Positions 11,901 through 23,900 of a DNA stretch of 64,000 nucleotides are shown here, one piece after another. The stretch lies in the NCBI GenBank assembly GCA_002633005.1, contig NMRA01000340.1, forward strand, positions 430,728-494,727, in the 5' to 3' direction. Numbering within the stretch: position 1 is the stretch's first letter; each line of letters starts with the position of its first letter. The position numbers and the translations under genes are program-made. The stretch comes from Phoronis australis. Taxonomy: Eukaryota; Animalia; Phoronida. The notes below the pieces were generated by a model. The model had not been told where the DNA came from. It ran no database searches and saw only the letters and a program-made list of their open reading frames with translations.

Positions 11901-14900
11901 TGAGCATTTGGGCACTGATTTAAAATAACATTCAATCATTCTTAACATAGTACATAACACTCGCTTCACCACCAATTAACACTGCTGTATTCATATTCGC
12001 AGCTAATACTTCCATTAAGTGTAAAAACTAAGCTTTACTAATAGTACATCTCCCCTGTGATCTTAGTGGTGAGCACAGAATATCTTTTCAAGCCTACGTA
12101 CATTCATTTCATTGCTGTTCAAGCTAAGCCACTTTCCTCTGATCAACACAGCCAAAAACACCTGTGCCCTTTTAACATGTCATAAAGCAGCCTCTTAAGT
12201 ATGCCCTCAAGCTTTTTACCACTCCATTCACTTTCACAGTATTACAACCTTATAAATCATTTAGTTTACACAGAGGTCCTGCGGTGAGAATCTGTTAATC
12301 AATACATTTTGCAGATCACTTCTAGGATGATAATGATCAGTACCTATACATACCATTCCTGTTATTGTACGACACTATTGCAAAGTGCTAAAACAGGAAA
12401 TTAAGTGCAATAAAAATGCATAAATTACCATCTTGAGTGAAGAAACCGGCAGTAGGGCCTCGCATGGTTCAATGAACAGTCAATTAATTGCTACACCATT
12501 ATTTTTCAAGACTAAGTACACTTTTTATATCAACAATGAGCACTCAAAGAATTAGGATAAAAATGCATAAATGGTTCTGGTCTCTGTTTTTTTTTCTTCG
12601 GTGGTGTGGATTCTTTTAGTTGTTCAGCTTTTCAAAAAAAGCAAATCCATCCGAAACAAGCAAAATTTTCTTTAATCTTAGGAAATCATGGCATTTCAAA
12701 CGTTGCATACTTGCCTTTCTGCTGCTTTTCAAAAAAATAAAAAACTCAAAACCATGACTACGTTAATAGAGGCGGACATTTTTTAGAACACAGGTCTCAA
12801 AATGGGTAAAGTCCAGAACCAACTTTGCATTTTTGGTTTTGGCTGTTCGATCTGTTCAAACTGAGGTTGGCAAGATCATGGCTGCAGTTAACGACTCGAG
12901 TTTTGAACGTAAGCTTGCGATCTGATACTTGGACAAGGCTGGAATGTAGAATTGTAGGGCTAACCTACATGAAGACCACGAGAGTGGATCAAGTCTCCAG
13001 CATTACCGAGAGGACCTGTGTTTAACTGTAAACACTGAGTGATGTGGAGGGGCAACTGTGACCAACAACTAAGCTAGAACGAATGACAAAAGCAATCACT
13101 ACAGACAAAATAATGTTACCCCACAATCTCGGCTAATTATGTGAAGAGCAATTATTTATAATGGCTAATAATAATCATTAAGGCCGCAAAATTGTAATTA
13201 CAGAACGACTTAGCCACCTAACTTACTTTTCTGTTAATTGCTTTTCATTCCCAGTAATTAGGGAAGGCTGCTTTGATGATGAAGTTGACTTCCGCACTGC
13301 TATTACGGCAGCGAATTTCGGGTCATTTTGTCTGCCGTGAATACCTTTGATGTGTACTGTATGCCACAACTGTTGCTAAGCAACGCCCCAAACATTGTCA
13401 CTCTTGGACAACCCTTAGCTTACCTGTGACAGTATAAAGCTTCTCAATTCTTCCACTTCATAGGACAATCTCACAGACCGTCCATCCTTGCAGATGACAG
13501 TCAAACCGTCATGGCCAATGTTCACAGAGAAGGATATCCTTGTACTAAAATAGAAACTTCACCCATTAAAATATTTACAGCTAAGTAATTATTGAGCACA
13601 AAACAATAGATTTGGTAATGTCTCCTTCTTGTGCACTGCTCTGTATCGTTCAAAATTTGATGGTAAAATGATTGATCGTGTTTCAAAGTGTGCCACTAAA
13701 CCAATAAGCCGAAAACCAAGAATGCTAAATGAAGACGCTTACTCAGTACTTCAAGATCACCATTATATATAACTGAAAACCTTTATGACTTGTGCACTAG
13801 TTACCAGGCGCTGAAAGTACTAATCACATGTCAGGCATATCAATGGAGAAGATCTACTAGTAATTCACCAACATCCCAACCTAAGGATCATAATTCAGAA
13901 TACCGTAAACATTCTTCAATTTGGTATCACAGTGGTTTTCAAAAAAGTAGATGAAATCTCATCTCGTCAAAAATCCACAAAATGCTACTTGAGAAAAAGT
14001 TTCGACTGTTTTTTTTTTTGATTTGCTGCTAATTCTCTGCAGATTTTCATTTTCACTCTTGGTCGTTTTCCCCAAGTCATTCATTTGCCGACAATTTTGT
14101 CACATTTCAAATCACCCCATGAAGTGTGAACACTAATTGCCGTTAAATAACTGATCACCAGTCATGCGGTATTTAATTAGGTCATCAAGTACCCAGTAAT
14201 AGAGCAGCTACGAAAGTAGAGCCAGGAACCTTAAATTTTGCAAACTGTCAATTTTATGTATTGAGCTCATGCAGTTTTTGTTGCATTGAATCCAATGAAG
14301 TACGAGAAGCCATGATGTCCTGTCTGATAAGATAGCCTAACTGAGAAAAGGTCTTACAACTCGTAATTCCAAAACTTACTGTAGGTGAACAATTCCAAAT
14401 TGAAAAACACCTCTGTCAAATGAAAATTGACACACTGACTAAAAAGCAGATTGGCAGTATTTAACTAACTTTTCATAACACTTGCAACAGTGTCGTGTTT
14501 GCAATAGAATTGTGCAGGTTTATGCAAAGCTACGGGTCGCTAGTTGACAAAAACTGCCAGTAAAAGTTTGGGTCTGTTTTGGGATTATCACCTTGCACAT
14601 GCTTATAGTTAGCAAACCGCCACTGAATCTCAAATCTGTTACTAGCCAGAGTTGATATATTGGCTCCATGGCAGAATATTCGAAACTCACGCTGGATATT
14701 TCTCATGGCAACTTAGATCTACAATTGCTTAAATTACATGCTTGAATAACTTCTTTGATTGCTGTAAATGCTATCTTTTTCTAAATGTTGTTTGGTGACA
14801 AGTGCGTCCTAGAGGCAATGATGAAAAGAAATTTAAGTTTCATTATTTAAAAATTATATCTGTTTAGACAGTTAACAAGAAATGAAATTCTACTTGTCAT

Positions 14901-17900
14901 CCAAATTGAGCCAAATACTGAAGAAAGGTTACGTTGTATAGGCAGCGATAAAATAACCTTCCATTAGACAGTACAAGCGTTGGTTGGTGGTCAAATTAAG
15001 ACCCACACAGGCAGGGTTGAAAATCAAACTGAGTCTCGGATTCACAGTGAGTGTGAGAAACTCTGTAGATGGTCCCCTCACCTGGAGTGGTCCCAGCCGG
15101 CTGTGGTAATGTCTACCCGCACCGTGCACTCCAAACATCCGGTTAGGCTGTTGCAGTGAATGGTCAGCTGTGGGTCAGGCACCTGGGCAGCCATGTTGTC
15201 CAACAATTCAAATACTTCTGACCTCAGGGCACAGTGTTTGGCTTGCTGAATGATGCGTTCCAGGCATGTTTCACTGCAAAAATGAGAAAGCCAAAACCAC
15301 TGAACTCCAAAATCACAGTAAAATTCAAACTCACAAGTAACGTTTCCATCACTTGACAAAATACCACAAACAATACCAACATGTGCATGACACTAAGTTT
15401 TTTAGTTAATAACAAAAAGTCTTAGCCCGGTTAACCTCTCCAAACGATCAGCCTGCAGTAAATTATTCATTATACTATGTTGAGATGCTGCAGCTTAATT
15501 TTTGTACATGTAACTGAACAATCAGAATGGTTTGGCAGAAGTGCCTCCTGTTGTGTCTCTTGGAAATTGTCAAGCAACAGCAGTTGTATATTTAAAGAAT
15601 TTTGTAGTTGATCAGTGTTAAATGTTTTAGTGCGACTCTTGAGGTTTTATAGCTGCAATAGGAATCTCCTGCAATACCATGTTTACTACTATATTCAACT
15701 GCCTCAGTCTATTTTACCCTGTGATCTATGATATTCCAACAAATATCTAGTATTCTCATATTCACTCCTCCTTTAAATTAAAGACGAAAGCACCGTTTTT
15801 GGAGACTGTTAACAATTTCCCACAACCTATGCCTACATTACTTCGGACAAGCGCTGGGCACATACCGTATGTCGGACACATCGTACAAAACATTTGATTT
15901 GACACTCGCAAAAACTCTCAACGGTATGTGTACACAATTATCAGGCTCTTTCTCAGAGTATATACAGAGGTTCCCAGCCATACAGGGTACATCCCTTTCC
16001 TGTTAATGATTATCCATTCGAGGTTTACTTGCTACCCAAGGATAAAGAAAGTGAGCAAAAGGACCGCATCTTGAGCTGCATTCACTTCCTTTGAGCAAAC
16101 ACCAATGACTAACACAGACTGAGATCAATAGCAACTAGGACATTGTGTTTGCTCATTGGAAGTGAAAGCAGAACCAAAGAACCAAGATGTGAGCCTTTTG
16201 CTGGGCTGTTAACGTCGTCTATAGCTTCATGGATAGCAAATACAAGCCAGGAAAACAGAAAACAAGATGATCTAGGATAACCAGGTGCAGTTATTCTTAC
16301 TAATTGGTAACATCAAAAATGATAATTTGCAGTCCCCCTTAAGATGAAGTCTGACTGACCAATAAGGCTTCACTGATAAGACACACCTCATCAGTCACAT
16401 CAGTTCTGATAAATGCTTACCTGGTCAAAGTTGTCAACATCTCACTGGCACTGTGTCCGCATGGTCCCGCCAGGCGGCGCTTCCTGCTCATACCCAGCGT
16501 GGCTGTAATTGGTTGAGGCATGGCTGGGTGTATGTTTTTGTAGTGAATATCACGTAACATCTGATGCAGCGAGTGCTCCAACACGTGATCATGCTTGAGG
16601 TCAGGAGGGAGGCCGGTACTCTGAAACAGTGAAATACGTGATCACAATTAAAGTTAGTTGGAAGGCCAGCGCTCTGAAACTATAGAATATGTGATCAAGA
16701 CTGAGCTCAGGAGGGTGGCTGTTACACTGAAACAGTGGAATATGTGACCATGATTGAGGTAAGGAGAGGAGTCGCTACTTTTGATTCTGTAGAATATATG
16801 GCCACATTTTGGGTCAGGAAAGAGACCTGGGCTATGTAACAGTCATGCAAAAACACAAAATCACGCATGTCTTTGCAAAACATTGCCATGCATTACAAGC
16901 CTGATCCCATTTAGCCTTTCTGTCCAGTGCTGTGAGTCTATGGAACACAAACCTATACTCCAGAGCAATTTGGTTGGGGCACGCATGCACGACAAGGCAC
17001 ACAAACATGTAACATGCCATCAGCAATCCAGCAAGTACCTGGAGACCACCATCTCTACAGACGATTTGACAAAGGAACAGGACAAGCCTGCGACACAACA
17101 AGAGGCACAAAGAGTATACATGGGGACAAAAATTGCGCTCCATGATACGACATCTAAACTTAACCTTCACTGGTAGAACCCTACTTGAGCTAACACTTGC
17201 CTATTATAATAAAGTATGGCTGGCTCACCTTTGTTTCTCGACACGTATAGTGGCACAACGCAATGAACAGTTGAAGTCTTGGGAACAACTGAAATGATAC
17301 CGACATCAAGTGAGTGTTCAAACAGTGCTGACCTACTTCAACAAAAATGACAGCAAATGCTGTTTGCCAAACTGAAACAATTTTGACTGTGGATAAATCG
17401 TAAGCATTTAATGGTCCCAAAAGACAAGGAATTCATGACAAGGCTGTTTGTGGAACTCATCATCACACTCAATAGCTGTCCATCACGACAGAGGTTTTAC
17501 CAAATGAAAAGTTAATTTTAGTAAGACAGAAATGCAATTCAGCAATTCACAATAACGAGTCATTCAAGGTCATTCAAGGTCATTTTTGCTGTAAATGGAA
17601 TTAGCCATCACGACAGGGAATTGACAATTTGCCCATGACTTCTGATATGTACTGCAAACGTCACTTGTCTGAGATTATTTAGCGAGACAGCTCTTTGATA
17701 GATGATCAAACACTACAATCACATACTCTCCACAAAATCCAATGATGGAGGTAATTAAAGATGATGCTAGATACTCACCTCAACAATTATTTGATTACCA
17801 CAGACAAGAGTATTTGACTTCAGCTTGACTGCTTCCCGTGCAAGCTGAAATTGAGAATAATCAAATGATATTTTGAAACATTCATAACAGCAGAGACATC

Positions 17901-20900
17901 AAGCTTTAAGGTAATCAGATGCTTAATGGAAACCATTAGCCATGTTTTGACACACAACCATGTCAGACTGTCATTAAACCTCTCTTATAGCAATGCATAC
18001 TACAAATCAGCGCTCAATTTGGTGACCTGCAAGTCGCCAATAAGACCTCAGATTGTTTTTGGCGACCTTAGAAAAATCTCAAGCCGCCACAAATTCAACA
18101 CTGCAAGTACCAGAGTCAGACAATAATTCTTCCTAAATTCTTTTCAAAGTTCATTTTGATTTCTAAATTTCAAATTACTGTTTTCCTAGATTCATTACCT
18201 ATTCACAACTGTTACTTTTATTTTAAAAAATCAGTGCCTTTGCCACTACAACAGCGAGCACACATCAAACGCACTTAAATTAGTTCAGAAAGTAAACAAT
18301 CAGATGGAAGTCGGAATTGTGCAGCAAAAATTGGGTAAAATCGGTGAAATATGCGCCACCAGTGTATGCGATAATCTCTGTTCTACGTTCACTCGTTGCT
18401 GGGAAGAATTCAGTTAGAGAACGAAGCAAAAGTATGGGGAAAAATGGGAACGGAATGCACAACACGCTGAGAATGGGACACGCTACAGTCACACAAAATT
18501 CATCTTTTTATTTTTTTGTTGATTATTTTTACTCCAGACTGGTAACCTCAGATTTGATTACGCGACCTGGAATTTTTTAGTTCTGGTGACCTCAGATTTC
18601 GCTTGGCGACCAGCGATTTGTGCCAGGTTGCCAAATGTGACTCGACTTTAAGGTAAGCATCGAGCGCTACAAATATTGGATCTGTCTTCAGAACCATGCA
18701 AACATTTTGTTAGCTCCTTCGCAAATTTCCTTAGAAATCCCATAAAATATGTAACAATGAAATGACTATAGAAACTCTTTCAGGGTTTCTTTTATTTAAG
18801 CTACATATACCTGTGCAAATAATTCTTTACAATAGAGCACGTTCTGTGCTGCCTCCAGCTTGTGTTGCCAGTGAGCGTCTTCAGATATTGACGGCACATT
18901 ACTAGGCAGAGTGATGATAGCGGAGGAGATGTCACACGAGTCTGCATAACAAGAATTACAAGGTTATTCAGACATAGCGCAGAGAGCATCATCAGATATT
19001 GATGGCACGATACCGGGGGAATGTGACAACGGCAGAGATGTCGCATGAGTCTGCATAACAAGAATTACAAGGTTATTCAGACATAACGCAGAGAGCATCA
19101 TCAGATATTGATGGCACGATACCGGGGGAATGTGACGACAGCAGAGATGTCGCATGAGTCTGCAAACTGAACAAGTGTAAGAGGGTATAGTGCAGCGAGC
19201 ATTGTATGACACGGACAGTACGTGACTGGGGAATGTAAAGACATGAAAGATGGCCAACGAGTCTGGAATAGGACAGTCAGGTACTGACAGCAAATAACTG
19301 ACCAGTGTAATGAAGGCAAAGATGTCATAGAGTCTGTACAACAAGAATAACGGGCATTCAGACAAAATGCAGACTCTCATTTTCCCTGTGAGAACCGTTT
19401 ACACAGTATCTTTGCAAGCATACCGGAGTTTCACATAATTATGGACCTTACCACTGGGCACAATGTTTACAGCACGTCTGAATAATTGTGGTTGAGCTTT
19501 CTACTGTAAACAACCAAACTAATCAAGCCAGCCCTGTGAACATTGTTGTGCAAAGCAACAGGTTTTAACAAAGTCTACACAGCAGCTGGTCTCTCCTCAT
19601 CATGTTCACTCTTCACTAGCCATTATCTCATAGAGCAGGTCGCTAGCGCAGTTATCCGAATAAGAGTCTTTCTGACTTTCCTGCCGCAGGTGGTTTACTC
19701 CTCGGCCAAGGCTGACATTCAGATATTTGAATAGCTGGGTAGACAGAAACCATGCTGCTTAAGGGTCTTGCTCAAAGGTACATAATTATACAAGACAGTA
19801 ATATCTCCAGACTGGACTCGGCACCTTTGTGGCTGAGAGCCATCCCCATAGGCACGACAGACACAATGCAGCATTAATAACTCAGGGCAGTATATTTCTC
19901 ACCTGGTGTTTTGCGCAGGGACACCTGTATGTAGGCCTCACCCTCCAGTTGACTAGGTATGATCACCTTCAGGGCACTCGTTGAGCTGCCAGGCTCTGAA
20001 CTCAGCTCGTCGACATTCTTGGTCACTTCGAATGTACCTGACTGCCAGAAGCGGGACCCGGCTGAAAGAAAATAACCAGTTGTGGCAGGTTCACTCACTG
20101 CAGAGAACCAAAAGCAGCTATCACGACAGTTTTCATTACTATGAACATGTAACGTATGAACAAGTTCGTTATTTAAGGTTATTTAGGACCATTACAAAAA
20201 TGTCTAACATTGGCCAACTTTGTAACATCATGTCTCAGAAACAGCAAATCTGATTCATATGAACTCTCAGACACTGTGTTTTATGTACCTTGCTCCAAAA
20301 CACTAATAGGGATTGTTTATATAATGTTCTACTTTTGCCTGAGGGGCTATCAAAAACAAGGCTTTTATGAAGTTAATAAAACAAAATGAAAAGTAGCATA
20401 AGATTATAAAAATGAAGACAAAATAATTAGAAAAATGTTACAGCTTTTTTGAGATTTTATCATGAACATTTATATCAAACTAAAATAGGTGATATTTTTG
20501 CTACCTTGTTTTGCTATTTTTACAAGTACATTTTACTAAAAATGCATGATCATGTGACCAAATTACTAGCAGAGTGGTATAAAGTCAAAAATAAAATTCT
20601 ACAGCCCTACAGAAAATCTATACCTTCACTGAGTTAACTTCTTTAAAGTGTTTGGTAGATATGGCTAAATGCACAAACTTGTCAACAAGGTCCAACATAA
20701 ACTTAACAAAGTTCTGAAGTAACTAGCTTTATAACAAATAGTTCACGGTTAGATAATTGCCCAAAAAATAAACCCATTCTCTATGAAAAACAATGACATT
20801 TGTGCAAAAATTTTCAACCGATTGAATGTTTTAGTATTAACTTGTACAGGTTTTTTTTGTTCTTTGGTTTTCATTAAAACTTCAAAGAAGATGGATGAAA

Positions 20901-23900
20901 ATGGCAGACTGTTTGGGGAAAACTCCCTGTGAATGTATGTGTGATTCGCATTTACAGACGCTAAATTTGGAAAAACTAATCTGACCGACATTTTAATTCA
21001 TCATTTAACAAAAATTAACTTAGTTATTAAACAGTAGTTGCATTTGCACGCATCTTGAAATCGTTAAAAAGGTGTTTTCAGTGATGTTTAAAGCTGTTTT
21101 TCAAAAGTCCTATATATTTCCAGTGTCGGGCGGTTGTGTGATAGAAGGACATGGTGACTTAGAACTAAGAACAGCAATCATAACACTCTGTTGTTACACT
21201 CAATAGGCATTTGCTCTCAAACAGACTCTACCTGATTTATAACTGAGATCTCCAACAATGCTCTTCCCCACCTTCTTCAGCCGCCATGTTTGTCTTAGTC
21301 TCAGCAACTCCAGATGGAAGTCTTGTTGCTGACTTATGTTGGCAGCCATCTCCAGATGGCTCTGGCGTAGCTTGTCATGGCCAGACATGAGGATCTGCGC
21401 AGCACTGGACAGTGACTGCAATAGCAAAGGGGAGGCTAACTGGTGCAGCATCTCAAAAAGCTCAGGCTCAGCATAAAGTCTCATGAAGTGGAGCCAGGGA
21501 AACTACCAAGGTTGGCACAATAAACAAACAGAAGACAGACAGAAAGTAGGCTTTACATTGGAAATATTATTTTCACATCATGAGACCATGCCATCCATCG
21601 TTTAGCTTACAGTTTGTTATGATCCCTCAGTTTTGTTGTGAGCAAGTCATTAAGTTCCCTCCTGTATGACTTGTGTGATATTACGCATTGCTTGTGCGTA
21701 GCTTACGCACCCAAATTTCAATGGCTAATTAATGGGAGACTATTGTAAATGAAATTTTTCAAAAGTAGAAAATGAAATGAAGGAGAGGATGATGATGGAT
21801 TACAAATGAAATTTAAAGACAAACTGTATAGTTGTTTTTGTCGGTATTGTAATATTACATTTCAGTTTGGGACAAAATGGAAAAGTCCCTTTTTAAATGG
21901 GAAGCGCTTAAATGAATTTAAATCACAGCCACACTCATTTCCAACAGTACAGTTCACAACAATGTAGTTAAACAAGTGGCAACTGGACTTATGGATTACG
22001 AAAAAAGACAATCAGATACCAAGCAAAGCTGGTAATGGATCATCTGTCTAGATCCTTCCCTAGTGGTCATCTCGACGTCTAGGAATCGTCCCAAAATACT
22101 AAAAATATTCCCGAACTGCATTGTAAGTGCATAATCTACCTTCCTCTTGGACAGTAGAGTAACAGCTTGTTTACTATCAGCAGGTTCAGCAGACACTGGG
22201 TCAAGCACCATGTACTTCTTCTCCTTGGCGATGTTAAGCACATCCAACAATACGCTCATCTCAGTGTGTGCAGCCCTGTAGAGTGAACATAGAGAATCAA
22301 CATAGCCCAGTAACACGTTCATCTCAGTCTGAGCTGCTTTCATTGTACAACAGACACAGATAATCAACATAGAGTCCAGCAACACGTCTATCTCAGTGTA
22401 AACTGCTCAGTACAGCAGACAAAGAATCAACACGCGGTCCAGCAACACGCTCATCTCAGTGTGAGCCACTCTAAACAGCAAACATAGGGCAACAACATAG
22501 AGTAGTAGTGGGATACATGGGTCACTGATTTGCGAACCAGTTACTCCAACTGAATAATGCCAGTTATTCAGTGGTAGTAAGTGATTCTCAAATTAATTTT
22601 ATATCAGAGACCCACCTATCAAATAATTACCCAACACAGAGTCCAGCAACACGTTCACTTCAGTGTGAGCCACTTTCATTGTACAATAGATGTAGAGAAT
22701 CAACAAAATGGTTTGTAGCCAAAACCCTCATATCTATGAGTGGCTCTGTATATATCAGACAAAAAGAATCACCATCTGCAGTACACCTTAAAAGTAATCA
22801 GACAAAATACTGTTTCTCAGCCATAAAGGCTAACAACTGGCCATTCTATATGAGGATGAACTCTGCTTATAGCTTGCCATCATGACAGAAAATTACAAAT
22901 CATTTTGTCTGTTTGCTTTTTGGCATGTACTGTTATAGTCAAGCAACAGGCTCATCTCTGTTTGAGCTACCTACTTGCAAGACATGATAGTATTTAGTAG
23001 GGGCAGCAAGATACCCCGACTTACTTTAGCCTATTCCTCACAGAATCCCATGGCCAGAGGGATGGCTGGAACTTGACCAGTTGTTTCTCCTCTGTCTCAG
23101 AACTCTCATCCTTTTTCTCGGTCGTGAAGTCAATTCTGTGAGCTAGTTTCGCCAAGTTCTCTGACATAGACAGAGAGCTGCAAATACAGAAATTTTAAAA
23201 CTGAACAGAAACTGGGAAACGACTTCCTAAAACTGGAAAATGTCGTAACTATGGATACAGCAAGATTGTATTCTATGGACATTCAATTGCAACAGTCATG
23301 GTGAGAATGATGCCATACAAGAAAACTACTTCCCTAATTTCACGAAAATCCGTCAACGAACTCCAAAGATACAGAGGCAGATTTGAAAAATCAAATTGTC
23401 ACAGACTAGAACAAACAGCCATAGTCGGATATGTACATCTTTTGTCAAGTTAATAGGAATACACTCAATTTTCCAAAGATCACACTAAATGGTTCAAGAT
23501 ACAGCTGCAGATGCAAAAAATGCCATAGTAGTTGTCCGAAATCAACACCACTTGCGCCCCTGACACATCTGACAATATTCATAATCTTCCAGGCAGATGT
23601 CAAAACTTTTAAAATCATAAAAATGGCACCAGAACTAGGTGGTACAGAGTACGCTAAATCTGTCCTGAAATGGAAAGGTGATGTTGCCTTCATAACAGAC
23701 ATTTATTTTCGAACTTCCATGAAAAAAAACGTAAAACTACATCAATGTAAAAACTAAAAATGCCGAAAGGGGGTACAGCAGTGGTCAGATCCATCCAAAA
23801 GTCGTGAACAGCCACTGGCACAGTAACAGGTAAACATTTGCCAGATTTCACAAAGATCCTGCACAAAAGATTAAGGGGATACAGTCACAGACGCAGAATT

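Noticed and set aside
16883-17176. ORF with [14 protein letters not shown] resembling the LINE RT C-terminal KYLGV.I..DL motif
   Set aside because: Possibly a CR1/L2-type relic, but one short degenerate motif is not enough to call it.
18801-19380. ORFs 18801..19061, 18964..19380 and 19101..19328 as separate genes
   Set aside because: They are by-products of the exon 6 junction array.
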